Position numbers and translations under genes: made by a program. DNA of 62,953 nucleotides, the filler included, from Folioceros fuciformis (taxonomy: Eukaryota), in NCBI GenBank assembly GCA_049999805.1. It is 5 parts of 5 records of this genome, joined end to end, with 100 filler letters (N's around TTAATTAATTAA, not from the genome) between each part and the next. Parts side by side here need not be neighbours in the genome. Positions count along the whole stretch, not along the records: positions 1 to 30,853 come from JBNGIO010005081.1; 4 more parts are not named here. The stretch is one strand, 5' to 3'. The stretch's first letter is position 1. Each line of letters starts with the position of its first letter. The notes under the pieces are model-generated. The model was not told the origin of the DNA, made no database searches, and worked only from the letters and a program-made list of their open reading frames with translations. Below are positions 11,523 to 24,384 of the stretch, one piece after another.

Positions 11523-13927
11523 TTATTCCTCAAGATGGTTCAATGAGAGGTCCCAATAATGTCCCACTCCAGCATCAGCTAGGTATTTCCTTGCAGCAAT
11601 ATCCGATCGGAAGGTCTGAATAAGAAACTTATCAAAACTGGGTTTGGCGACACTGCCCTGCCAGACTAAGACGCATTTGTTCTCACGAGGTGGAGCATCC
11701 TCATCACCTTCCTCCGCTTCCTTCACAGCTGTGGCCCAATTGATGCGCCGCAACATCAACTTACCATACCTTTTGATCGACTTCAGGCCGCCCTCAACAA
11801 CAACCACTGAGATAGAATCGGATATGACCACACATCCAGTCAGCCTATTCTCTTGTGCATTGACATCCACCTTAAACCGAGTCTGAGGGTGAGACAAGTC
11901 ATTCACCCGATAAACAGAGACAATCGTCTCTAAAGTATGAGGATCGTCGAAAAGCTTTTTCTCTTTCTTCTCCCGACGCTCTGCAGGAGTCAGCTTGCGA
12001 GCCAAATTCCTGTCTGTGTGTGCTTGCTCACGCTCAGCAGCAGCACTTTGAATTTCGTACTCAAGTTTGGTTGGATCCTGTGTTGCCTCTGCCCCTAAAA
12101 CCTTCATAAGATTACTCATCTTAATTTTTGGCTTCGGAGGTTCAAGCAGCCCCTGACGTATCATCTCCTGTCTGTCCTTCTCCTTAGCCAGCCGACGTTG
12201 TGTACGTAACTTCTTCTGCTCCTTCTTGGTAAGCTTCAAGGGCTGAGGAGGTGGAGGTGCTAATTCTGCAGGTGGCTCAATGGGAACAGGATGCTCGACA
12301 TAGATAGTCATCTTCCCATCTTTCACATTCAACTCGCCGTCAACATCCGGGTAGCTGGGACTTGATAATAGGACAGCATCCCTGCATTTCCACGAAAGAC
12401 GTGTCACCGGAAAAAAAAATTGTAACATAGAATCATGCAGGTCATCTGGAAAGCACAAGGAGGTTGTGAAGAACAGCCCGTACCACCACTCCACATCAGG
12501 AATCGGGTCCTTGCTCTTTGCTTCCTTTACAAGAGCCCTTTCAGTCAACTCAATGAGGTTAGGATTCACATCAGCATCAGCCTTTGCCTTAGCTAAGGAT
12601 GCCTGTTTTGCTTTGATTTCCTTCGCTTTAGCCTCCCCAAACTGATTCTGCACACACGGAACTTTGACAAGTCAGAAGAATCTGACTGCAACCGATAATG
12701 CCAACATAGATTGCCACCACTATCATCGTAACCTTCATAGACATACTCTGAGCCTCGCCATTTCTGCATGCTTGCTCCATTTTCCCTCCTCAACAAATTG
12801 AAAGGTTGGCTTCTTGGAACGGATGAGTTTCTTCTTGTCAACACCCATCCTTGCATCAAAGAAGGGGTTGTCAACAGGATCCTCCTCCAATTCTGGCCTC
12901 AATATTTGAAACGCCTCCTTCTTCCGCTTGTTGATATTAACCTTCGCAAGAGCCAATGTGCACCAGAGTGAGCTAATACGTCACCCTGGCCCTGCAAAAC
13001 TATGATTACTTGTCACCAGATGACAGCTGAAAGAGAAAGCGACACGGATTTTGTCATGTACAGCTTGAGCTAGTGCCAAACTGCTGTGCACTAGGTATGA
13101 ATGCAAGGAACAGCCACTACCTTGAGAGTACTGATGGTAGAAATTTTTGGTCGGTCCACCACGTTCCCACGCTCATCAACCTCCCTTCCCTGCGCATCGA
13201 GGCGAAGGACTGGAGCCTTCACAGTTTTTGACAGTCCCAATCCCATGTCGTCTCCCTGACCTGGCATTAATCCCATCAACGGCATTGTTCCTGGAGCCTG
13301 TGGAAATCCCATCCGGCTTACGATGTCTTGTGCCCGTTTGACAGCCTCAATATTGGACACAATGCCAGGTAGGCCAGACACATAAGCTCCACCCCCGAAA
13401 CTTGCACCGAGTTGCAGGGCAGAGTGACCAGGTGCCATGGCATTCGCAGTTGTTGGGGCAGCTGAGGACGCCGCACCGGATTCCGGTCTATCCGCTGCAA
13501 GCTTGGACACCTGCACCCAAACAGCTGAAATACTCACACGGGGCTCAAAATCCTTAGCAGCGAAGAAACTGCAACACGACATGGTTGCTGCTTTCGAGAC
13601 GAAAAAAAATGCTGATACCTTGGGAAAGCCCGGTAGCTTGTTAATCTTCTCCGTCAGCTCCTTCTGTTGCTGCAACGCTCTCTTAGCTTTCGCCAGCGCA
13701 TCCAGAGACAGCCCGACCGGTTGCGCTGCCGGCGCCCCATCTTGCACAGTGGGAGCCGGAGGCGCTGGGGCAGGCTTACTTAAGGGTGGTGCGGACACCT
13801 CGTCTCGCTTCCGTTTGGAGGCGGAAGGGACCTCATCCTGCTCCTTCCCCTGCTCCAGTTCCTGCTTCCTCTTAGTGCCCATCCTGGATCCCGAGTCCTC
13901 GCGCTCCTGCTTCCTCTTCATTCCCAT
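11523..13927 (-). CDS. PRP3: U4/U6 snRNP protein Prp3 (RDM16 homolog); exons 13927-13619, 13510-13121, 12941-12747, 12647-12484, 12381-11523
   Basis: APVLRLDAQGREVDE; STLKVNINK; KKPTFQFVEEGKW; IPDVEWWD; YVEHPVPIEPP; LTKKEQKKLRTQRR; FKVDVNAQENRLTG; LVWQGSV; GT-AG introns restore frame. Confidence 0.95.
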
Positions 13928-14117
13928 GGTGAGCGGGAGTCTCGTCAAGACTTTTGTCCTCGAGGAAGGCCTGCGGTGCCCTAGCACACTAATAAATAGT
14001 GAATAAGTCTCTGACCCCTCAGAGCGTTGCTTTACGGAGTTGAGCAGGGGTGGACGGAGCAGAGAAGGCCCAAATCACCTGGTCACCGGCAGGGCGCGCC
14101 AGGCCGCGGACAGGCAA

Positions 14118-14546
14118 ATGGCGAGCGTCGTGCGATCCTCTCTGTCGTCTGCGCGCAAGACTTCCACGCCGGGCAGTTCCAAGTCGCTGGCGGAGGCCAA
14201 GCGCCGCGCGCAGGATTTCTTCAGGGATGTGTGCCGCAGCCTGCCCTTCATCATGGAGCGTTACAATCTGGATGAGGTTATCAGCTTAGGCGAGCTGCGC
14301 TCCAAGATCTCCTCGGAATTCCGGAAGCACCATAATGTGAGCAATCCTTTGGTGCTGGACATGCTAGTGTACAAGGGCGAGGAGCAGCTGCAGTACTGTC
14401 TGGATCATGCTAAGCAGCGGCATCACCTCATCAGCGAGTATGTGGTAGGACGGGAAGGGTCGGTTAATCCCAGCAAATTGGGAGTGGCGGATCACGGCGA
14501 GTCTCCCTTCTTGAAAAGCTTCTATGAGAGCAACAAGGCCTCGTGA
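14118..14546 (+). CDS. NDUFA6: NADH dehydrogenase (complex I) alpha subcomplex subunit 6 / B14, LYR family, single exon, 142 aa
   Basis: SLAEAKRRAQDFFRDVCRSLPFIMERYNL..LRSKISSEFRK..NPLVLDMLVYKGEEQL..HAKQRHHLI. Confidence 0.93.
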   Translation: MASVVRSSLSSARKTSTPGSSKSLAEAKRRAQDFFRDVCRSLPFIMERYNLDEVISLGELRSKISSEFRKHHNVSNPLVLDMLVYKGEEQLQYCLDHAKQRHHLISEYVVGREGSVNPSKLGVADHGESPFLKSFYESNKAS

Positions 14547-15404
14547 TTGTGACAACTGGAGCTGTAGCAGGATCTGGATGGACGACTTTGTCTCTGAATG
14601 CTCAGACTTCTTCACATTGTAGCGATGCGCGATGCACGTGGATTCACATTTTGCCGGGATCGGCTTACGGCAACATGCCCGTCCCGCTGTGAAGCTTCGA
14701 GTTTCTAACTGGGTTGGCCTTTGCCGTGCCCTAATTCTTCAATTGTAGGTTCATTTGCAGTTTCAGGTCGTCAGGACCCTGGTCGTCTTGAGAGGACGCC
14801 ACATAGCCCTGGAGAAAATGCGTCACATTGTGGCTTCATCGTTGGCAGTATCATCTTGCACACCACCCTCGGACACTTTGCACGCAAGCACAAGCCATTG
14901 ACAACGCGACAGGATGTACGCGTTTCCTACAAGTTCCAGTTCCATGGTCAGTATGAGGTTCGCTGCCAGCGTTATTGGTAATAAGCTTAGGGACTTTTCA
15001 TACCACGACATCCTGCTGCGATAGGCAGGTATGGGATTTGGCCTGTGTGGATTAATCTGTCTTTACACCTTAGCTCGTCCCATCTTTTTTTTAATTAAAT
15101 ATTTTGATTTTTTCTCATCGATAATAGTTTATACTATTATTGAGTTATAATTATTATTTATATAAAACTAATCTTAACTGGACTTCTTCATAAAGATGTA
15201 CATACAACCCACGAGAGAGAACAAAGCATCCTTTGTACTTGAAATCTTTATCCTATCATGGTTTATCTCTTTTTCTAGGGTAGATGGATTTTTTTCATAT
15301 TTTTTTCTAAATTAAACTAAAAAAATATTTTTTCCTTCAAATTTTTCATATAATTATACCTTGGTTCCTCACTCACTAATATGTGAAATTGGGTTTTATA
15401 GGAT

Positions 15405-18400
15405 AGGGCGGTAGTGCTGATGGAGAGTAGGGCGATGGTGATGAACCTGGACCGTAGGGCGGTGGTGATGAACCTGGAGGGTAGGGTGGTGAAATGCCAT
15501 ATTGGTCACAAGCATAAGGACTTCGATAGGACCACTTGGGTGGCACAAGTGCGACTTACTTCTTCCTCCGAACCAGGTGCCAATCTTCTTCTAACAGATC
15601 CTCTAGGGCCGTCCCCGGAGGCTTCATTGTGGCTTCGAGGGCAATCTAATCACTTGTTGGCTCTTTTCCATGCTCGTTTTCCATGTCCTCGCCTCTTCCG
15701 ACGTCTCCCTAGGCGCCTACATGATGATATTCGCCTTGCTTATCGTCTTCCCTTGGATCGCCTTGCTGACCCGAGGGACCCAAGGGATGAGGGTGCTTGG
15801 ATTTTGTTCCTTTCCTGCCTAGATGGTGCCTTCGGCGCTCTAAGGGTGGTCTGTCAGGTCATAGGGAGGTGGCCTCTTGACTTTGCCGTTTTCAATCCGA
15901 AGATTGGCAAGCTCTTCAGGAGGAGGATTTACTAGCAGCAAAACCTCGATTGGAGTCAGCTAAGGTTGACAAGGTGTGCCATGACGCATTTAAAGCGCAT
16001 CTCAAGCGATGTCTTATGTTAGGCAGGGATGGTCAATATGCTCGGGCTGCTAGAACATTGTGTCTAGAGCCGGCTGCATCTGCAACTAAGGACACCATTG
16101 CTGCACTTCGTGCCCTTCATCCAGAACCTCATGACACTATACCGCAAGATCTTCTTGACCACACGGTCGAGGAGCCTTTTTGCTTGGATAGGGTTGGTTT
16201 TGGACATGCACTCTCTTCTGCGCAGGGGGTTTGTCTGGCACAGTTTATGACCATTTTCAAGATTATTTTNNNNNNNNNNNNNNNNNNNNNNNNNNNNNNN
16301 NNNNNNNNNNNNNNNNNNNNNNNNNNNNNNNNNNNNNNNNNNNNNNNNNNNNNNNNNNNNNNNNNNNNNTTGCATTGGAAAAGCTTACCTCAAGAGTGCG
16401 CCCTATTGCTGTAGAGGAGGTATTTTTGCGTCTTATCAGCCGAAGTATCACAATTCAACTTCAGGAATACTTCCAAGCGCATCTTGCACCCCACCAATTT
16501 GGGATTGCTACCCTAGGTGGGTGTGAATCTACCTCTCTCGGCATCTAGGCTACCCTTGAGTTACATCCTCACTGGGTAGCTTTGCAGGTTGATATTGAGA
16601 ATGCTTTCAACACCGTCTCTAGGGTCGCCATCTTCTCGGAGCTCAAGAGTGCAGGAGGTCAATTGGCAAGTCTTATCCCTTTTGTTCGTTCCTTCTATGG
16701 CTCGCCATCCAAGCTCTACTACCAATACGGCCCGACTATTGAGGGGGTCTCAGTTTTTGATTCAGCAACGGGCACAAGGCAAGGGGATCTGTTGGGGGGT
16801 GCTCGTTTTGCAATGGCGCATTTTCGTGCGTTGTCCTCTACTGACTTAGCATTTCAGGAATGCCTTTTCCCTTCCGTGGCTGATGACACTCATATTCTTG
16901 GGAAAGGAGTCACAGTCAACGCAGCATTTGATTTCTTCTCATCAGAGCTCTCCAAGGTGGGGTTGTGGCTCAAGCTATCTAAATGCGGGGTTTGGTCCCC
17001 TTCAAGCATCACTCCCCCCCTTCCATATTGGGGGGGGGGGATATCACCCCCTCGCATGGACTTCGAGTCTTGGGTGTGCCTGTGGGACCTCCTGATTTTG
17101 TTCATAGGTTTGTGGATGAAGCATTGGATGAAGATTTGGCTCATATCATGGACCTCTCACAAATCGGTGATCCTCATATTGCGTTTGGTATCCTTTCTTC
17201 TTGTTTTGTACGGCGACCAGGTTACCTCACTAGGATTGTTGTGCCTTCTCCATTTTTCTTATCAAGTCTCAGGAAGTTTGACAATCAAGTTATGCAGGCT
17301 CTTGGGAACATCATAGGTCCGGGCACCTTCGAGTGTGCTATCAGTGATTTGGCTCGGAAGCAGGCTTCTTTGCCAATCGCCCTTGGAGGGGTTGGTGCTT
17401 TGGCCATGAAGGCCTACACCCCAGCTACCTGTCTCGGCAGCTAGGCCCTCTCAGCTCCAATTTTGGCCTCTCGTTTTTTGCTACAAGATTCCCTTGTTCT
17501 TGAAAGTTTTATTTCAAGTGTTGAGGAGGGCGTTTTCCCTTTACAGGTATCTCTTAGGCAAGCGAGGGATTCTCTACCTTTGGAGGCTCATGAGGCTCTA
17601 CCTCCTTTCACTTCCTTTTCTAGGAAAGGGTTGAAGGGTCTCCAAGCCTCCCTCCCAGAAAAGCAATATGGCCAAGCACTAAGAGCCCTTCTTTCAGACT
17701 CATCCATCCCTAGGTCTTCTCGAGCTCGTATTCGATCTTGTTCAGGTAAAGGAGTGGGCTCTTGGCTTTTAGCTCGACCTTGCATCTAGGCGTTTCGAAT
17801 CGCACCAGCAACTTTCGCCACCGCGATGAGATTTCGCTTAGGTTTGGCCCACCCCTTGGCTTTTTCTCTCTCTACATGCCGTTGTGGGGTTGCCATTGTC
17901 GATACAGGGTCCCATTTGGCACGTTGTACCATTGGGGGGCACCACATTGCCACTCATGATCCAGTTCGAGATGTCATGTTCTCAATGGCTAGGGAGTATG
18001 GGTTTCTTCTGTATAGGGAGCGTCCATATACTTTGCGCAATGGGGTTTCACTTAGAGCCGACCTTTACTTCACTAGGGGAGAACAGGTTTGTGTTGCTGA
18101 TGTGGTTGTTACGGACCCCACTAGGAATTTGATTTGTGAGCATGTCATCATCAACCCCCCTGGTTGGGCAGCAAAGGGTTGTGCAAGTGCCAAAGTCCAT
18201 AAGTATTCTCCCTTGCAAGACAGGCATACTTTTATCCCCCTTGCTCTTGAGACTCGTGGAGCTATGGGCAAGGACTTTTCAAGGTTTATCAAGGAGTGTG
18301 CCAAGGTTTATTAGAGCAATAGGAATGGTGTTCTCCCTCTTTCCTTTGTGGTGGCCTTCTTTCGACAACGTATATCCATTGCTTTGCAACGAGCATTGGC

Positions 18401-18670
18401 CAATGCAGTTTTGAGAACAGCAACAAGTGCAGGTCAAGCGGCTTCTTCGGCACCGGTGGTAGGTAGGCCTTTTGTTATTCCACATCATGATATTTTGGGA
18501 GCAGTAGGTAGTTTTTGAAAATGATATTCGCAGGGGAGAGTACCTCTTTTTGCCTTTAGCCCTAATGGGGTTGTTCCTCCAATCTTTGGAATAGATGGGA
18601 CTTTCCATCTCTTTTTCAATCATAGAAAATATTATCTCCATTATGATAGCTAATATAATCACTATCATAT
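15405..18670 (+). mobile_element. Decayed non-LTR retrotransposon with RT, Cys/His finger and restriction-like endonuclease (CRE-clade-like); N-gap at 16270-16368
   Basis: RPIAVEEVFLRL; QVDIENAFNTVSR; GTRQGDLLGG; SVADDTHILG; LRVLGVPVG; ASLPIALGGVG; SCSGKGVGSWL; CRCG..HLARC..H..HD; RADLYF..ADVVVTDP; AKVHKY..FIPLALETRGAMG; RQRISIALQRALA; several stops and frameshifts; ~27-bp tandem repeats at 15405-15490. Confidence 0.88.
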
Positions 18671-21600
18671 CTTGACTTGCACCTATCGTTGAGTTTGTTA
18701 ATTTTATGAGTTATTTTTTTTAAAGTGAACTCTTTTGATTTTGGCATGCATAAGAAAGTACGATAAAAACTTTTGAGTTTTAAAAGATTTTTTTTCTCCT
18801 CAATCTAAACTTCACATTTCAATAGTTATCACTTTACTTTAGAAATCTTATTGGAGAAAGCTCACCATCCATGTGTTAACACTTTGAAGTTCTGATTTAA
18901 CCAACATGAAATTGTTTACACCCTAGGATCTTAATCATGATTTATCTCCCTCTTTAGAAATGGTTTTTCCATCTTGTTTTTCAAAATAAATGGATCTCAT
19001 ATTTTCTTAGACCAATGCAAGTAAGTCATACAATAACAAACTTTGCAAAATAGATGTGTTTATATCAATAGTACATCTAGACATATAAATTCCAAGCAAA
19101 ATATTATCAAGATGTTGGCATGAATTCAAATAACTTCTATATTACTAGATACATAATACTTCAAATAATTATATCCATTTTGGTCAACCTCGTCTTATAT
19201 TAGTCATTGGGCATATAGAGGTTAGCTTGTTGGTTCTTGGCCTTATGGTAAGTTTTATTTTTGCTCAATTCTAATTGATAGATTTTTCTATCTCATCTTT
19301 TAAATAAATTATTTTGATTATTATATTTAAATAGTTAGTATTAAAATATTTTTATTAAATAAATTAGCTAACTTTTTAATATATAAATTCAAATATATTT
19401 TATATGATTAATTTAATTTATATAAATAATATTATTTAATAGATACGGTATATCAATACGGACATACGCTCCATAATTAGGGTTTTGTTTGTCAACCATA
19501 AATATTCTGAAGCATCTCTCGCATACATACGGAGTTTGGGGCTCCACGTCACATACAAGCTTTTTTTTTTCTTGTGTCTTTGGCACTTCAATGGACCAAT
19601 CAAGAACAATGAAGAATCTTCTTTAGTCCATAACTTTGTTTCTTCTCAATATACAATCTTTTCTAGTCCATATCGTTCTTTCTTGTGAGGGGTCTAATGT
19701 TTGTGAAGGGAGACTTGCACATGGCCTTCCAGATTGTCTGAGGGACCCTACACCCTAAGCGTGCATAGTGCTGAATGTAGTCTCAAATTGCCCTAAAGGT
19801 GTTAGGTTCAACTTGCCTAGCAACTAGTGTTGCACGTTATATGAGCAAGTAAGAGGCGCAAGGGGTATTTGAGGATGATGAGGTAGTTGCCTTGGAGGTT
19901 GTAAGCACTCTAAAGCCTTGCATGCTGAGCGGGACTTGCATATTGCCATTGCAAACTGCGTTGCCCTTGTAGATTAACCTTATAGACCATGTCGCACTTG
20001 CAAATTTGCCCAATAAAGTGTGTTGAATTGGAAGATTGTCCTTGCATAGTGAGTTACACACTACGTTGCAAATGGCATATGCAAAGTGCGTTGTCATTGG
20101 TTCATGCGCACTACATCATACAGTGTTTGTGCAGAATTGTGATGCTGCTTTCCCCTCAAATTGCCTTGCATATTGCAAATGGCTATGGGTGTTACTCTCT
20201 CACACACCCTAGGGTGAGCAGTTGCATGGAGGGATTGGAGGGTTTGATTACAGCTAAAGGTACCTTGGATTTGGGCTTCCAAATATCCTTAGGGGTTGCA
20301 AGAGTAGTGTGCAAGTGCTAACTCTAGTTGTAGATGTCCTTGCATACGGTAGATCCAAATTGTCTCTCAGATGGCATTGCACCATGCACTTGTAACTAAT
20401 AGGTGCAACGTGTATGTGAGGATTGCATATGCAGGTTGCCTAAAAGGGTGTGGTTGCAATTTGCCTTGTTGTGTGCATTGCAAATTTCACGCTACACATA
20501 GCCCTGCAAGTGTAGGTTGCGGATTTCCTTGGTACAAGGCTTGTGGAACCTTTGCACAAGATTCATTGTAGTTGCATAAGCCCTTGCAAAATGTCTCCTG
20601 CCTTGTCTTTCATATGCCCTTGTAACTTACAAGTGCCTTCCAGGTTGCATGTATGTATTGTAGTCACAACCCTGAGCCTTACGCAGAGTTTGCGTGTGTT
20701 GTTCAGGCCTTGCAAGTTGCCAAGGACAATGAGTATGCAAAGGGATTGGAAGGCATAATCTTCCTCCTCGACATGTATTGACTTCACTTCGCTTTAACGA
20801 CGATGTATAGAGAGTGCAGGAGTAGGATGGAGCCATTGGAGGTGTACTTGTAGCCATGGATAGAGAAGGAGGCCACTTCATGAGAGTGGAGCGACTTATT
20901 TGCCTTTTGTTGTCGTTGTAGTAGTGTGACGTCTTGCTATAAAGGCCCATGGAGCCTCTGATTTTGCTTGTAATTCGTTGATGAGCCATATAGCCCTCCA
21001 AGGCTTAGAATAAAGATTATATGCTTGTCGTGCTAAACAGCCTTGTCGTGCTAAACAGCGTCACCTTGATTAGTTGGCTGGCAATCAGCAGGATTGTGTG
21101 AAAGAGATAGATTCTGAGCACTTGCTTTCTAGCTAGCCTGGTGGTCATAAACGTGACCGTAAGGCAAATTGGAAATCCATCAAACAACATGGTAGCCCTT
21201 GCAAGTCCTGATTTGGCTTCACATACAAAAGCATCACCACACAGTCTCAGCCTCACAACATTCTCAAGTGATGTCCAGCTAGGGCAATTGTCTGCATCAA
21301 CTAGCTGACTCTCAACCGTCCATTCACACCCCGCGTGCACAACACGGATTACTACACATGTCGGTGTCACCACCAAGGTCCCGAAGGCGTTGATTCTGAT
21401 CCCGGTGGTGACCTCCACAAACAGCGTTGGCAATGCTCGTCGCCGCCCCCACAGCTTCGTCCGCGGCTCAAAACTCCTCTGCTCACAGCCTGCCCAGGCC
21501 AGGCCAGCGCCACGATCCAGGCACAGTGTCGCGATCTAGGCACAGAGTCACGATCCAGGCACAGAGCTACGATCCCCAGCTCCTCAGTCCTGGGAACGGC

Positions 21601-22835
21601 AACTATAGCTTTGCGTGCGCACGAACGTTGACACCCACACACAATTTGCTCATGCTGGCTCCAATTCACGATTAAATGAGCTCAGATCTGTTTGGGTGCC
21701 CCCTGTAGATCACAGACCGTGCAATCACATCCTCAGCTCCGTGAGCGGGTCTTCCACACAGTCAGCTCAGGTTCATGGACAGCCTCAGGCCGCACTCAAT
21801 GAGTCTTTCCCTCCCGACTTCTGGCACTCACACACGTGCCAGTTCGTTGTTGTCCACCAGTTCAACGCTTAGCGCTGCCGTGCGCTGGTGCTGCCCTGAT
21901 GCCCACGATGGGACACCACAGCGTGCATGAGCTCTCTTGGTACTTGAGCTAAGGATCTCAACTCAAAGTCCAGCGTTGTCATCCACTGGTGCCGTGCTAA
22001 TGCCCGCGACATAGCACGACGACCCTTGTGAACTTGCCTGACTGAATCTTGGGGTTTGTGAGCCAGATCTTCGTCCTGCAATCCTAGCGACTGTGTTTGC
22101 GAGTCGTAGTAAGTACTCCACCTAGCCCCGGCATGGCACGCTCAGATTGTTAGTCACACATGCTCACACCTCGATGCAACTCATCAGCGTTTTCACTCTT
22201 ATTTTTGAGCAGTGGATTCACAAGCAGTTCCTTGGCCAGCCACCTTGACCGCAGGCTTAGGCTCAACGAGAGAACTTCTAATAACTACGTGACTGAGCCT
22301 AGAAGTTCGACACTTATTTGTCATGCTTGCCCCTGGCCGTTGCACGCAGTCCTCCTCTTCGCACAATGGTGCTTCTGAGCCCTAAACGCGTCACACGTTC
22401 CCTACCTAGCTATCCCTCATCTACCTAATTATATAATCAGACTAATTACATACAATTAGCCTAATTACATATATTTGATTAATTAGATACCCTAATTAAT
22501 CAGCATGGCCGGACATGCTTCCATTCCCCCTACTATATGGTTCCATGCCCCCTACCTTTCTATAGCCAAAGATGTTGCAAGAAGATTGTTGCAAGGAGAG
22601 AGATGAACTTGGCTGGCCATGACCTTTCCCTCAAGGGAGAATGGCCTAGGTTCAGGAGAAGGAGGTGATTGAGAAACCTATCACAACGTAGACGACAAAC
22701 CTGAAGGCGCCTTCGTAGTCAATGAGAGAAAAGATAGGTAAAGGTTATGTTTAGCATATCTTTCTTTCATCTTTCCATGTGTAGACTACGCCTTCAAATT
22801 GCCTTCATCTTGGAAATCCACGTAGCGGATCCCAT

Positions 22836-22903
22836 TGATAGTATAACTAGCAGAACTTGGCCACATGGGTGATAGTATAACTAGCAGAACTTGGCCACAT
22901 GGG
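22836..22903. repeat. Perfect 34-bp tandem duplication
   Basis: TGATAGTATAACTAGCAGAACTTGGCCACATGGG x2. Confidence 0.95.
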
Positions 22904-23199
22904 AGCACCCGTGATTTTTAAGATTGGTTTTCAATTGAGAAAATTGTGCCCTAATATCTAATGATTTGGAATAAAAAAGTGCACAAGCACGGCCACCGCC
23001 ACGAACTCCAAAGCTTGGCCTTCCGGTTGTGGCTGGCTTGTACCATAGTGAACTCTGAACCTTGCTCCTTTAGCCGTGCCCGACTTGCACCATATTGAAC
23101 TCTTCCAGTTGTGCATGGGGTCGTGTTCAATAAGTTAGTCCAATAAGTCGTGTTCAACCTGGCTCCGTGCTCAAGTTCTTGTGGCTTCCGTTGTTCGTA

Positions 23200-23920
23200 A
23201 TGAGTGTGATGGAGGAAGCCTTCACAATGTTTTCAAATCTCGGAGACCATGAAGACCCAGTTAACATTGTTGTAGGCTCTCCTACAAAACACCAAGAAGC
23301 AAAAGCCAGAAGAACATATTATGTCAATTGGACATCTAAAGCAGCATCCACCTTGATAGATTCTTACTATGAGATGCATCTAGTGCATCTCAAGGCTGGA
23401 AATCTATTTACCAAACATTGGAGTGAGATTGCAAAGGAAGTTGGTAGTACTTGTCACCTTCAAGGTCTTTTAGCGAAGCAATGCAAGCAAAAGCTTGAGA
23501 ACCTCAAACGCAAGTACTGAAAAGAAAAGGAGACTCGCTCAANNNNNNNNNNNNNNNNNNNNNNNNNNNNNNNNNNNNNNNNNNNNNNNNNNNNNNNNNN
23601 NNNNNNNNNNNNNNNNNNNNNNNNNNNNNNNNNNNNNNNNNNCAACTAAACTTGGCCTCACTACCAAGTCATCGCCTGAGAACCTCAAATGCAAGTACTG
23701 AAAAGAAAAGGAGACTCGCTCAAGCACTAGCTAGGTCAACTAAACTTGGCCTCACTACCAAGTCATCGCCTGAGAACCTCAAACGCAAGTACTGAAAAGA
23801 AAAGGAGACTCGCTCAAGCACTAGCTAGGTCAACTAAACTTGGCCTCACTACCAAGTCATCGCCTCTCTGTGCGAAACCCAAATTTTCAGGCATTCCTAA
23901 TACAATGAACCATGGTAGAT
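23200..23920 (+). pseudogene. Myb/SANT-like (trihelix-type) DNA-binding ORF of a PIF/Harbinger transposon, disrupted
   Basis: WTSKAASTLIDSY..GNLFTKHWSEIAKEV..KQCKQKLENLKRKY*KEKE..WPHY, then KFSGIPNTM in another frame; in-frame stops and a 94-bp tandem expansion. Confidence 0.75.
23496..23864. repeat. 94-bp tandem repeat (3-4 copies across an N-gap) inside the Myb ORF
   Basis: TGAGAACCTCAAA(C/T)GCAAGTACTG...AAGTCATCGCC at 23496 (partial), 23677-23770, 23771-23864. Confidence 0.9.
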
Positions 23921-24384
23921 TTGGGAGCACTCGTAAGCCACATTTAAGTAGTTCCAGTGGCTCTTCGCGATATCACAAGGACAATAGTTGCGATGATGAA
24001 TTCCTTTGTGGGACACCTTTCCTACCTACCAAACAAGAAAGCTCACTCCACCCTACCATATATAGATTTTTATTTGGTAGGGAGGAGTGAGCTTCTAAAG
24101 GCTCACCCTAACATCACCATTGTATGTTTCTTGGATTGCTATGACATGCATGTTTTCTTCTATGTCCAAGCTCACAATTCGTGCTATGCATGTGATTTTG
24201 GTGAGCCAACTCCAAATGAGATTTATGAAGGAAAAAAACCCGCAAATAATCCTCTAATGTTGTTAAGGTAAACTAGTCAAACGAAGACGGTCTTCTTTTG
24301 GGCTTGGCAAAGACCTTGTGTTTGTGCTTTCCTCTTTTGCTGAATGTCTGTAAGTTATAGAGGTTGCGAAGATGACTCAATAGA

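Noticed and set aside
23167-23520. Host trihelix transcription factor
   Set aside because: In-frame stops and an adjacent Harbinger transposase fragment point to a transposon ORF
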